DNA of 64,000 bases from the human T2T-CHM13v2.0 reference genome, Homo sapiens. How positions within the stretch are numbered: position 1 is the first letter of the stretch; every line of letters starts with the position of its first letter. Below the pieces are notes generated by a model, which saw only the letters and a program-made list of their open reading frames with translations, did no database searches and was not told the origin of the DNA. Location: the NCBI RefSeq assembly GCF_009914755.1, contig NC_060926.1. One strand, 5' to 3'. The position numbers and the translations under genes were made by a program. Shown in pieces: positions 38,109 through 51,021 of the stretch.

Positions 38109-39154
38109 AGATTTAAAATAATGATAGATTCCTTCAAAAATATTGGAGAAGGTAAAAGTAAAAATCATATAGTCATATAATAAAAGGCATTAAAAAGGAA
38201 GGAAGGAAAAAAGGAAGGAAGGGAGGGAGGGGGAGGGAGGGAGGAAGGAAACATAAGGAGAAATTTTAGAAAAGGTGGTGAAATAATGATCAAATATGTT
38301 CATGAATATAAATGCAATTGGGGGAATCCCCTTCATTAAAAGAGAGTATCTTTAGATTGTATAAGAGAAGGGAAATCCACCTACGTGACATTTTCCAAAC
38401 ACCCACCTACTATGAAATTACTAAATAAAAAATACATTAAAAAATTAAAACGTGGGCAAACATATCAGGCAAAGACAATAAGAAAGAATTCCATTACTAA
38501 CAACAAATATGATAGAAATTAAAGTAGAAATATTAAATGAGATAAAGATATCCTGTCAGAAAGGATATTTCACAATGAATATAAAACTGTCATGAATTTT
38601 TATTCATCAGATAACATTATATCAAAATACAAAAAGTGAAATCTGCTATAAATTAGGAGAAATGGACAGAAGTACAATATCAATGGGACATTTTAACATA
38701 CCTCTTTCTCTTTTTGACAGGCCAATAAAAAATATAAATCAGTTTATACACATAATCATAAAATACACCTTTATTTTCAATACTAATAAAACACCTACTA
38801 AAAAATAAAAAGATCATGCATCAATACAATTACAAAAAGGCAAAAGTATATAGTTCCTGCTCTCATTTATTGAATCAAGAAGAGAATTAACACTGCAATT
38901 TTTTTAAAAATTAGAAATTAACAATGATGAGAATAGTACATATCACAAATGCCCTACGACAGATGTGACTATGAGAAGAATGTCATTTTAAGAGGAAAGT
39001 TTAGGTTGATGCTGAGGGTGATGGTGATTTCAGTATATAATAAAATCTGCCCATGCCTCTTATGTTCCTTCTTCTGAAGAAAAAATCTTGGATTCCAGTT
39101 CTACCTCTAGAGCTACAGTGATATTCTTCTCCTTTCTTCTTCATTTTGGATTTT

Positions 39155-42100
39155 GTGAAAATGTTAAAATTCTGCTCTGTGAAAGCAATGTGAACAGAAT
39201 GAAACAAAAAAAAGCTACAGACTGGGAGAAAAATATTTTGTAAAACATATGTCTGATAAAGGACTTGTATCTAAAATACACGAAAACCTCTTAAAACTCA
39301 ACATTAAGAAAGCAAACAACCCACTTAACAAATGGGCGAAAGATCTGAAACAGATACTCCACTACAGAAGATATACAGATGGCCAATAAGCATATAAAAA
39401 AGATGTTCAACATCATTTATCATTAGGGAAATGCAAATTAAAACAAGAAAGCAACACCAGTACATACCTATGGCTAAATGACTAGAATCCAAACAAACTA
39501 ACAATTCCAACTACTGGTGAGGATGCAGAGCAACAAGAACTCTCATCCATTGCTGGTGGAAATGCAAAATTTACAGCCACTTTGGGAAGATAGTTTGGTT
39601 GTTTCTTACAAAGCTAAATAGATTATTACCATACTAAACAGCAATTGTGCTCCCAGATATTTACCAACTGATTTGAAAACATATGTCCACATAAAAACCT
39701 GCATGCAAATGTTTATGACAGCTTTATTCATAATTGCCAAAAACTAGAATAACCAAGATGTCCTTCAATAGGTCCGTTGATAAACAAACTGTGGAACACC
39801 CATACAACTAAATATTATTGAGTAATGAAAAGGAATGAGCTAGCAAGTCACGCAAAATATGGATGAATTTTAAATGCAAGTTCTAAATGAAAGAAGCCAA
39901 CCTGAAAAAGGCTATGTATTATACGATTCAATTTACATGACATGTTGGAAAAGGTAAAACTATAGATATGGTAAGCAGATCAGTGGTTGCCAGTGTTGCA
40001 GGGAGCCAGTGGGGAAGGGCTGGATAGGTAAAGCCCAGGAGATTTTTTAGGATGGCAAAACTATTCTGAATGATACTGTTACAGTAGGTAGCTAGTCAGG
40101 CAACAGCAGTGCAGGAGAGGGCTCCTCCTCCCCACCCCCAACCAGGAGTGTCAGGTGACTGTCAGGTGATGGCCAGGTGGTTATTAACTGTCTCTCTAAA
40201 ATAATAATTGGTCATAGCTGGCGCCAGGGCAAGGCAGTCTCCCAGTAGAGGAAACCTGAAACTGGTGATCGGCAGCTTCTTAATAAGATCTCAGGAGCTG
40301 GGTGAGTGGGCTCAAGTGTGCACATTAAGAGGCAGAATGGCAGAGTTTAACTGGTATATGACCTTCTAGGAAGATTCAGCTAGTAAGGGAAGAATGCCTC
40401 AAGTGAGCATGTGTACAAGTCCAGTAAACACACTGCACAGGCTCCCCTCCCAAGCACTAGCAGACCACTGTGCATGTGGACAGCCCACCCCAAGGGAAGA
40501 ATCAGGGAAGTAAGAGATGCAAGACCCCAGAGGCATGCCAACGTATCAAACCCCAAGTCAAAGTTTAAACAGGGCATTTGATCTCGCAAGTCACCTGCTT
40601 GGCCCTCTTCCAAGTGTACTTTACTTCCTTTCATTCCTGTTCTAAAGCTTTTTAATAAACTTTCACTCCTGCTCTAAAATGTGCCCTTGTCTCTCTCTCT
40701 GCCTTATGTCCCCTTGAATTCTTTTTTCTGAGGAGGCAAGAATTGAGTTTGCTGCAGACCCATACAGATTCACTGCCAGTAGGTAACAATACTGTAAGGG
40801 TGGTTCCATGGCATGATACATTTGTTCAATACCCATAGAACTTTATAACAAAAAGAGTGAACCTTAATGTATATGCATTTAACAACAACACAAATCATTA
40901 GGTAGATGGGGCATCCTAGGATGGAATGACAAAAGAATCTAACTGCATCTCAAAAGCATGTAACAGCATTACCAATGTGTCAAACAACCCCGTGGAAGAG
41001 GATAGGGAGAAAGATATTGACCCAAGTAACTCTGGAAATGAGTGGGGTCTGTAAGGCAAATGAAAGTGCACAAAACCACTATACTCTAATTGATAAAGTT
41101 GTTCCACATAGAAGTGTGGAACAACATAACAACATACATGTATATTAGTATTGAATAATAACAGTAAATGGCTGGCAGATAGTGGGAGCTGGATTTCTCA
41201 CTGCAGGCGTGGTGGTTTCCAGATGAGCAAGGGGAGAAGGCTAGAATGAGCCATGTGGAAATCGATTAGAGTGGGAGACGTCAGTATGAACTCATGCTGA
41301 CATGAGAGACAAAGAGACAAATATTTATAGATACTTGTATATGTATGAGTTAGTATGTACACATCTATTTCCTTGCTCTGTTAGTTGAGAGGGACTAGAA
41401 AGAAAGACATCCCAGTAGCGACAAGCATACCTAACCCAGATTTAGTTTATAACTCCATTCTTCAATAAAAGGAACCAGGACTCCTAGGAGAAATGACTAT
41501 TGTAAGCCTGAGGAAGGAAATATACAAGATGGGTCTGGAGTATCTTGTAGTGCCAGAAACTAGAGAAGTAAAACAAACAAACAAAACAAAACAAAACAAA
41601 AAACAAAAACCGCCACAATAACAGTGGTATGTCAGAGAAACTGAAGGGCTGATTGAAAGAACTTTCAGTGGCCACAGCCAGAACAATTTCAGAGGAACAA
41701 AATAAATAAAGTAGCATTGTTTATAATCAACAAGAAAAGAGACAAATCTCCCAAAACAGCATTCCAAATAATTTCTGTACATATTCTGCCTTCAAGCAGG
41801 TGAGAATAAATCCCATTTCATAAGGGTGGGTGGTGCATAGCGACTTTCCCACAAAGTGTACATTATGGATAGGGTGGAGAAGAGAGGAATTTTGCAGTGG
41901 AAGAACCTGACAAACACAGTCTTAGCAAGGTCATTAAGGCTAACATCAGCAGTGATAAGTTATGCTGATAGAATGTGTCCTTGATATGATGCGATGAGAA
42001 TGGCACCTTATCTCTGTGGTCTTCCTCCCTAAAACCCAAACCCCAATGTGATCATGAGGAAAACATGAGATAATTCTATGTGAGGGACATTTACAAAATA

Positions 42101-42450
42101 GCTGATCAGTGCTCCTTTAAATTGTCAAGGTCAACAAAAACAAGGGAAGTCTGAGAAACTGTCATAGCCACCAGGAGCCTAGGGAGACACGATGACAAAC
42201 TTTAATGTAGTATCCTGCTTGGGGTCCTAGAACCATAAAAGAACACTAGGTAAAAACTGAAGAAATCTGAATAAATAAAGTATGGGCTTGAGTTAATAAC
42301 ATATCAATATTAATCATCACAAATATACCATACTAAGGTAAGATGCCAGTAGGGGTGAGTGGGTGAGAGGTATATGGGAACTCTCATATTCAAAACTTCT
42401 CTGTGAATTTAGATGTATTCAGAAACCTTTTGTAAAATAAAAAATTTATT
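39155..42450 (+). mobile_element. L1MC/L1MD-type 3' ORF2 end and long 3'UTR, interrupted by MER50
   Basis: 'tacagactgggagaaaaatattt...tctgataaaggacttgtatc', 'cattagggaaatgcaaattaaaac', 'gatgagaatggcacctt...ctgtggtcttcctccc', 'gggaagtctgagaaactgtca'. Confidence 0.85.
40077..40788 (+). mobile_element. MER50 solo LTR (ERV1)
   Basis: TG...CA ends (tgttacagtaggtagctag...ggtaaca); 4-bp TSD atac at 40073-40076 and 40789-40792; AATAAA near 40654; L1 sequence resumes seamlessly on both sides. Confidence 0.88.
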
Positions 42451-43319
42451 TTATAATCTTTAATGAGAACTAAAATCTAAATCTCTGTAGTGAAAAATGT
42501 ATAGATTCCATTACACTGATGTTATTTTGTACCTGCTGTCTTCAGGGTCACCTAGCCACCAATAAGAATGAACCAACTGAGAGCCTGTGCCAAGTGCCAG
42601 ACTCTGAATCTGGGCCAAATAGACTGAAACCCTTCCTCCACATCTGTTTAATGTTTTTGACATTCCTTGTATCCTCCTTGCTGAATCTACATAAACTAAA
42701 ACCAAAAACTGCTGCTGTCCTAAAGCACCTGCAACTCCTCCTCACCCCATTCCCTCCAATCAGACCCCTCAGATGTAGACAACAACATCAATCAGACTCA
42801 ATGGGACATGATGATCAGTTAATTTCCCCTATTGCTAGCTCACTCCTTCTTCCCTGCTGGGAGCTTACAGCATGCTGAGTGGCCAAGGTCAGGCTACTTA
42901 TGATAGCGTTGATTAACCAAATTAACCAAGTGCCTTGCTTGTGCATATTTACTTCCTACTGTTTACTCTTTGGCCATTTTAGTACTTGTAAATATATACC
43001 AAAGGCAGCAATAGCAACCAGCCCTGAGCCTTTGACATGGCATCATACATCAAGGGGCACAAAATACATACATGTATATGTGTTAAAAAGAATCTTCAAG
43101 AAATCACATTAGGCAGTTAATAGTGGCTAATTCTGGGAGGAAGAAAGGGAAGGAATAAGAAAATAAATTTTGCTGCATTCTATTTGCTTTTTATTGACAT
43201 TTGTAAGGATTTCTTTTTACACATTTCTACACTGGATTTTTTTCTACAGTGAACACAATAGTACTTTCGTAATTAAAAACCTACTTTGACTGTGGGATAT
43301 ACACTGTTAGTTAAAATTG

Positions 43320-43590
43320 TTGGTGCTGACTCTCAAGAAAGAAAGTATTTCTATTGTACAATGTGGATAGAATTCAAGGAATTTTGGGGGTGTCTTACAT
43401 CATTACGGCCAAGGATAAAAGTTAATGGAAAACTGGTATAACCTACAAATAGGCTCTCTCAGGGCTCAGAACTATACCAAGCAAAGAAACTAGGCAAGAT
43501 AAGGTTTTGAGTAAAGGTAAGACGATGATGGAGTAGATAATGAAGAAGGAAGGTCATAAGTTGCACCAATAGCATTAAGAACTATAGCTT
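43320..43590 (+). mobile_element. ERVL/MaLR internal 3' remnant
   Basis: 'gggtgtctta...aagttaatggaaaact...aaaggtaag...gaagaaggaaggtcataa' resembles the end of ERVL-int. Confidence 0.45.
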
Positions 43591-43991
43591 CTGTTTCTCT
43601 GCCCTTGCTGCTGGAGTGTTCAAAGGCTTAATAATTTCATCCATCATTTTCCCTTTTCTCTTTTCCCTTTGGATTAGGAACTATCATTGTTCTTTGTATC
43701 TTTTTTCTTCCTTTTCTTCATACTACTGTATATCAAGTATGTTGGTATAATTATTTGATTCATTCACTGGTTGAAGAAAAGAGTAAAGAAGGAATCACAA
43801 CAAAAGTACAGAAGAAATGCGAATCTGAGGGAGATCATGGTCTGTGAAGGGAGTGGTCCATTGACATCCTGTACCTACATATTGCTCTTGGTGTGACCTT
43901 GGGTTACTTCTTGTTGGAAAGTTTTTATGACTGCCTAGAGGAGTCTCTTTAGGATTGTGTGTGTTGACAAAATTATGTGTGCTCTGAGCAA

Positions 43992-44059
43992 TCAAAGGGT
44001 AAAACAGCAGAAATTGTGGGTGTTTCAAAGGGTAAAACAGCAGAAATTGTGGGTGTTTC
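43992..44059. repeat. Perfect 33-bp tandem duplication
   Basis: tcaaagggtaaaacagcagaaattgtgggtgtt at 43992-44024 and 44025-44057. Confidence 0.97.
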
Positions 44060-44619
44060 TTCCCAGATACATGTACAATTCTAGAAAAGTCATATATCAA
44101 AAGTCAAAGAAGTCACATATCTCCTTTAAGGGAACTTCCCCAACTTATAGGGGTAGGACTCCTTAGTGGTCGTGGTTCTATTCTGCGATCCTGTCCTGTT
44201 GACCATAATGAATTGAAACAATCCTAAGTCAGACTGATTAGTGATGGTTAGGAGGGTGGTGTCATGTGAGTTTAAAAATGGCTGCCGAGGACACATGACT
44301 TTAAGGAAAGGAAAAGACTTTTTTCACTGACTGGTCAGACGTGTCCTAAATTAACCTTATTAATTTTGGTAAAGGGTATTCAATGGTATATGGTAAGATC
44401 AATACAGAATTTTCCTTTCAGAAAAATACAATATAGCAGTAATGTAAATAATGATTTAAAGTTCTCCCAGAGAGATATGTCTCTATTAATGTATATCTAT
44501 GTATAATGTATATAAGATTTTTCATAGCACAGATATATTAGCTATATATAAAATAATTGACTTCATACACAAATCAAAACAGAAAAGGAGTGAGTTTGAG
44601 AGAGTAACAGGATAAGGAT

Positions 44620-46938
44620 ATTTTATTTTTTAGGTATTTCAACTTTAGTGAGCTCTAATTTAACATACAACAAAATGTACATACATGCAACACATGTTAG
44701 GTGTACTGTTTGATGCATTTTAACAAATAAATATGCACATTTAGTAACCCAGTACAATCAAGACAAAGCATTTCCATCACTTGCCAAGATTTGTGTCTCA
44801 CACTCATAATTTTTTTGAAAATTATTTTTTTAAAGCTGCTATGAACACATGTTTACAAGTCTTTGTATGGATATTTAAAACAATTCTTCTCAGGTCAAAT
44901 CTTAGAAGTAGAATTTCTGGGTTGTGTGGTAAATGTATAGAAACTGCCAAGATGTTTTCCAAAGTGACTGCACATCATTCTACATTCTCACCAGGATTTT
45001 ATGAGTTCAGTTGCTCCACATCTGTATTAGTTTGTTCTCATGCTGCTAATAAAGACATGCCTGAGACTGGGTAATTTATAAAGGAAAGAAGTTTAATTGA
45101 CTCACAGTTCCACATGGCTGGGGAGACCTCACAATCATGGTCAGCATGGGAAAAACCTGCCCCCGCGATTCAATTACCTCCCACCAGGTCCCTCCCATGA
45201 CACATGGGGATTATGGCAGCTACAATTTAAGATGAGTTTTGGGTGGGGATACAGCCAAATCATATCAACATTCTTGTTGTTAACACTTAGTATGTCAGTC
45301 TTTTCCATTTTAGTTGCTTTAATGAGCATCACATTATACTTTTAATTCACATTTCCCTGATGATTAATGAAATAGATATTTTTTATGTGCTTATTTTCCA
45401 TTCACATGTCTTCTTTTATAGAATATAGGTTCAAATCTTTTGCCCAGTTTTTACTGCATTGTCTTCTAATGATTGAATTGTATGTGTTCTTTATATATTG
45501 TGGTTACAAATCCTTTGTTAGATATATGTATTATGAATATCAGCAACCAGTCTGTGGCTTACCCTTCTGTTTTGAGAGTGATTTCTTATAAAGAGAAAAA
45601 ATGTTAATATTAAGACCAATTTATTAATATTTTTCTTTTATAGTTAGTGCTTTTTGTGTCTAAGGAATCTTTGCTGATTCTAAGGTCACAATTTTTTTGC
45701 CTATATTTTTTCTAATGGTATAATTTTTTGCTTTTATTCTTAAAAATGTGATCATTCAGATTAACTCTAAAGGGTCAAAGTACAAGCAAGGAAGGGGTCA
45801 AAATTTGTTTCCTTTATCGACATCCTGTTTCCAATATTAAATTATTGGTTAAAATGACTACTTTTTTCATTGAATTACTTGGGATATTTGTTGGAAATCA
45901 TGTGTGGGTCTACATCTGTACTCTTCATTCTGTTTTAATTATTTATATGTTAATTCTTACAAAAATATTACCATGTCTTGATTACTTTAGCTTTATAATA
46001 AGCCTTGAAATCAGAGAGTATAAGTCATCCAAATGTGCTCTTCTTTTGCAAAATTGTCTTGGGTATTCTAGATCTTTGTTTTGCAATATAAATTTTAGAA
46101 TTAGCTTGTCAATTCTACATAAAACCCTGCTGGGGTTTTTATAGGGGTTGCATTAGATGTAAAGATCAATTTAGAGGAAAGTTCTTATTTGATCTTTGAT
46201 ATACTTCCTCATCTGTTTATGTCTTCTTTAATTTCTCTTAGCAGTGTTTGGTTTTCAGTGTACAGATTTTGCATATAACTTGTTAAATTTATGTCTAAGT
46301 ATTTCATGTCCTTTGATATGTTTAATGGTACATTTTAAATTATTTTTTCAGTTGTTTATTGATAGTATATAAAAATGTTTGATTTTTAATACTGTATACT
46401 ATTACCTTGATAAATTTGACTTATTCATTCTAGTTTCTTTTTTTAATCTACTTTAGAATTTTCTACATACATGGTCTGCAAATCAAAAAGTCTTTTTCAA
46501 ATCTGTATATATCAGACTGCTTTTCAATTCTGTATGGCTTTTATTTAGTTTTCTCCTCTTATTGTATTGTATTGGCTAGCTCTTGCGGTACAATCTTAAA
46601 TATAAGTGGTGATAGACAATCCTGCCTTCCTCTTCATATAAGGGAAAAACTTTTTTATCACTAGGAGTGATATTTGCTCCTTTTTTTAAATAGATGCCCT
46701 TTTCCATATTGAAAAAGTTATCTTCTATTCCCAATTCGCTGAGAGAGTTTATCAAGAAGACGTACTAAATTTTGTCAAAATTGGTTTTTTTTCTGCTTCT
46801 GTTGAGAGATTCTTATGTGTTCCCCCCTTATTATGTTAATGGAGAATTGCATTAATAGATTTTCAAATGTTAAACCAACCTTGCTTCCTGAGAATGGCCC
46901 TTTTTGGTCATGATATATTATACTTTGTATATACTGCT
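44620..46938 (-). mobile_element. L1M (L1MB/MD/ME-type) 3' portion, interrupted by THE1
   Basis: T-rich antisense L1: 'tttaattcacatttccctgatgattaatga', 'aatataaattttagaattagcttgtcaattct', 'atgttaaaccaaccttgc'. Confidence 0.85.
45023..45267 (-). mobile_element. THE1 (C/D-like) solo LTR with internal deletion
   Basis: 'tgtattagtttgttctcatgctgctaataaagacatgcctgagactgggtaatttata...acagccaaatcatatca'; 5-bp TSD acatc/acatt. Confidence 0.9.
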
Positions 46939-47208
46939 TTGCCCTATATCAAGAATAAATCAAGGATACATATTGTAGGTCTTAGAACAATCACTGAAAA
47001 CATAGAACAAAGAGGCTTAGAGAATAAGACAATAGTGGAGTTGGAATTCATTATTGGAGTTGTTTGTCTTCATATCTTTCTCTTCTCCAGTACCTTTTCT
47101 TACAAGACAAATCCCAGCTACCTCATCCTGCCCAAATTCCAATCTCCATGTTTTAAACTTAGTAAGACCACTGTATTCCTTTTGGGTTTCCCCTCCCTCA
47201 GAAAGGAA

Positions 47209-47491
47209 AGCAGAAAGCTAAGGGATGTGTGTTCTGTGTTTAAAAGAACAAAGAGTTAAATTGATGATTGTTTTACATTCATGCATTAATTAATTTTTTC
47301 AACAAACATATTTAGAGTTAGGCCTCAAATATCTAGGCAAAGATAGTTAATTTTTATTATAGCATTTAACATTTAAATTTTTCTGCCATTTAAAAAATAT
47401 AAATGCCCTACCCATTGTGTAGTACATTTATATGTTTGGGACATGTACTAATGGAGGAATATACATGTAGGTTGGACTAGAAATACCTTTT
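47209..47491. repeat. Local three-piece duplicated mosaic (copies at 48894-48992 direct, 48134-48194 inverted, 48635-48713 direct)
   Basis: Hand alignment: 90/99 identity; 43/46 plus 15/15 around a ~27-nt gap (inverted); 69/79. Confidence 0.9.
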
Positions 47492-47530
47492 TAATGCCAG
47501 AAAATGCCCTCAGATAGAAAGCCAGTGTGA

Positions 47531-47818
47531 GGTGCTGTGGCTCACCCCTATAATCCCAGCACTTTAGGAGGCCGTGGCACGCTGATCATCTGAGGCCAGG
47601 AGTTCGAGACCAGCCTGGCCACTGTGGTGAAACCCCGTTTCTACTAAACATTAAAAAATTAGCTGGGCATGGTGTTGTGCCCCTGTAATCCCAGCTACTG
47701 GGGAGGCTGAGGCAGGAGAATTGCTAGCACCCGGGAGGTGGAGGTTTTAGTGAGCTGAGATCATGCCACTGCACTCCAGCCTGGGCGACAGAGTGACTCC
47801 ATCTAAAAAAAAAAAAAA
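47531..47818 (+). mobile_element. AluS (Sx/Sz-like), a few bases 5'-truncated
   Basis: TSD aaag(c/t)cagtgtga at 47518-47530 and 47819-47831. Confidence 0.93.
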
Positions 47819-49299
47819 AAAGTCAGTGTGAGTCTAGGGCTCCACTTGTTTTTGGCCTTCTACTGTGGATCATAGTACTGTATTGCCTATTGTCTAAAAA
47901 CAGCTGGAAAAGTGTCTTGCTTTCTAGTTATTTTCTTTGGGAGGGAAATTCTAATACCAGTAATTACAATAATGGCCAAAAATGAAAATCACATAATAGT
48001 GACTTTTAACAACATAATCATTCTACGAGTATTAATGTACAAGTAGGTAATATTAATACATAAGCCTGTGATGTTACTGTTACCTGGAATATACAGCATC
48101 AAAGATTCGAACTCTTTTTTTTTAACAGAAGTAATTTTTTAAATGGCATAAAAATAAACTATCTTTGCCCAGATATTTGAGGCCTAACTATAAAAACAGT
48201 GTAGGTGAAATGATGGCTTGACGAGGAAAGTTCAACTCAAGACTGGGTAGCTATCCTTTAAAAACCAGTGAAAAGAAAAATCCAGTTGAGAGAGGGAACA
48301 TGACTAAGCCAATTAAAAACGTACTTGTTAATTACTGAAAAACAGTGACCAAAGTTGGGGGGTTTTAAAAGATAAAAGTGAAATTAACTACTTTGAAGCA
48401 AGTCACTGAGGGGAAGAAATGATGATCATTAGTCTGAGAACGTTTAGGTTAAGGCAGAGGGCTAGAGCCTCAGACCCCTTGAGAACTTTTCTGATTTAAA
48501 GATTCTATGATTAAAAACAAAAATTTTAAAAGCCATTACATTAATAGGCCTCATTTATAAGCCATCAACTAAAGTATCACGTATTGACATCCTATTTCTA
48601 GTTTTTAAGAAAAGGAAAGGGAAAGTCTTTTCTTCATTGTGTAGTGCACTTATATATTTGGGACATGAACTAACGGAGGGATGTAAATGTAGGTTGGACT
48701 GGAGATACCTTTTGTAAGATATTATAAAATCACATCATTATTATAAATACCACTCTACTTTCATATTTCTCATCTCATTAATTCTGCTCTACTTTCCTGT
48801 ATTTGAAGAAAAACAAGAAAGTAACTTTCTGCATAATTCTCTATGCCTTTGTTTTTTACTTTTTCTTACTTCTAAACAGCAACCATAGCTATCAGCAGTA
48901 AGCTAAGAGATGAGTGTTCTGTGTTTAAAAGAGCAAAGAGCTAAATTAATGGTTGTTTTACATTCATGCATTAATTTATTCTTTCAACAAACTTTTTTTT
49001 TCTGCTGGGTCAGGAATGACAAATGGATTTCATATTTAATGTCATCTCCTAGTGACTGATAGTAGCTGATTGGAACCCTGTACTGAGAATGAAAACGCCT
49101 TTCTGGCTCAGCCAGATTGATTTTCAATTGAATCCTGCCCTAGACAATGAAGGAGGAAGTAGCACAAAGGTGTATTGCCATCTCTTCACAAGTCACCGTA
49201 CTTGGTTTAAGGGATATATGGTGTATAAGACAAAATCCTGTTCCTAAGACTAATGGGGAATACTTCTTGGAATAATGAGAACTATAAAAGCAATAATAG

Positions 49300-49540
49300 T
49301 GTATCAATGAGGGCTAGGTCAGAAAAACAGAAATCAGAGCCAGGCATTTCAAGTAGAAAGGGGCTTAAGGCAAGAGATTGGGTAGTTATAAAACTATTGG
49401 AAAGGCTGGGGGAAAGCAAACCAGAGAAAGCTACCAGCTAATCTCAGCTTTGCTTCCAGCTTTCAGAGAGTGAGGAAATTGCAAGATCATTTGAGAAATG
49501 CTGGCGCTGATTATAGCTGCCTACTGCATTGAAGTACGTG
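49300..49540 (-). mobile_element. Old ERVL-type LTR fragment
   Basis: 'tgtatcaatgagggctaggtcagaaaaacagaaatca...ggcatttcaagtagaaaggg' resembles an antisense LTR end; family uncertain. Confidence 0.35.
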
Positions 49541-49757
49541 AAACTCAACTTCAGGGAATCAAGCAATTTATTCAGCCGCTTATTTGAAAATGGAGCCAGG
49601 AATAGAACTCAGGTCTTCCTCTCAGTTCACCAATCTTTCTATAATACAGTTTTGTTTCTTCTCATTCAACTTGCACTGTCATTGTTCTGATGTACATACC
49701 CAAGTCTTTATCATTGTTTTGCTATGTCATTTCCTCTTAAGTCCCAGGCTTACTTTT

Positions 49758-49760
<3 letters not shown>

Positions 49761-49799
<39 letters not shown>
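49761..49799. repeat. (CA)19 microsatellite
   Basis: Direct reading. Confidence 0.97.
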
Positions 49800-49801
<2 letters not shown>

Positions 49802-50214
49802 TCCTGTACTATTAAAAACTATATAGGCTCTTGGAAATGTTACTTCTGGAGGTTCCACCCTACACCAAAGCAAATGTATTAATGTGCATCTATTTTTTGG
49901 ATAGAAAAAATGTAATTTTGCTTTTGAAATAATTTGGCTACAGATAACTAATTTAATTTGAGATTGGCTATGATTTCTTGGCAATTACTTCGCATAGTTG
50001 GAAATTCTTGCAAAGTGAGAAAAATTTAATCTTCAAATTGTTTTAAGTGCAATGAAATATTTAGGAGTAGTAAACATGACAATTAATGAAGTTGGCCCAA
50101 TGTTACATTTTGTAGATGTTTAAATATTTGTTAAATTCAATTTTGCAGTTTTCCTCTTGGAACCAATGCCTTTTTTTTTAGGTCCATAATGCTAAACTCC
50201 AGCTTTTCTAGTGC

Positions 50215-51021
50215 TAGTTGGCAGAAGTGGCCCAGGGCTGTCTCTCATGGATATCACCAAATATAGCTTTCTGTGAGCCTCTATGCACGCTGCTCCCACG
50301 GAATGGAATTTCATGGAATTTCAATCTTGTGAGTGGTGCAAGGTCAGAGATAATGAGGTCCACACGTGTTTGTGTCTGTGTCTTTCTACAATGGCAGACT
50401 TCCACTGATGCTATTTAATCACAAAAGCCATGGACTACATGGTTCCCAAGGAGGCAGTTCTCCTTAGTACTTTCTGTTCACTCAGCGGTCAGAGCCTTGG
50501 ACACACAGGCTCAAGTCACTTCATAATTCAGTATACATAATAGTATACTTAATCAATATATAAATGCTATAGATTAAACATTCCACAACAAACAAAGTAA
50601 CATTTAACATCAAGAGAAAGGGGATAGGAAAAAGGGGTTAACAAACTAGTCCAGGAGGAGTGACAAAAACAAAAACATCTCCTGGTCTGAGCCAAGAGGT
50701 CCTTCAGTCTTGCAAGGAAGAGTCTTTGATGTGGGCAGAGCCTTCAGCAGGAGATACTGGGTTCACCATGAGTAATAGGAAGATGGTGTCAGCTAAGACA
50801 GCCATATCGAACTCCTGAAGCCCTGCTCTGTTTATGGCCACAGAGTCCTCTGGTGAGAACTGGTAGTGGAAGGGTGTGCTTGCTTATATCCTTATCTGGT
50901 TGGATGCAGTCTTTATAAATCGGGCAAAACATCTTATCCCTGTTGGCAAAGTGCCCTGTGAAATGTAAGATGGAGTCTTTTTCTAAGATGGAGTTACTTA
51001 TGGCAAGGGTGTGCTATATAC
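50215..51021 (-). mobile_element. LTR, MER54-like
   Basis: Right end reverse complement 'tatagcacacccttgccataagtaactccatcttagaaaaagactccatcttacatttca' matches the recalled MER54 5' end; left boundary approximate. Confidence 0.55.

Larger units (their letters stand above)
34740..38950 (+). mobile_element. Ancient L1M/HAL1 5'UTR-ORF1 and ORF2-start remnants, interrupted by MER2, two Alus and MER5
   Basis: ORF1-like 'ttctgagctgaaaaaa...gattgaaagcacccac...cagaagacagtggactaatgtct'; endonuclease-region-like 'gtgggcaaacatatcaggcaaa', 'ggacattttaacatacctctttc'; A-rich strand bias. Confidence 0.6.

Noticed and set aside
46867-47259. 130-aa ORF, the longest in the window
   Set aside because: Spans antisense L1 pieces and the duplicated mosaic; no codon-like pattern or homology.
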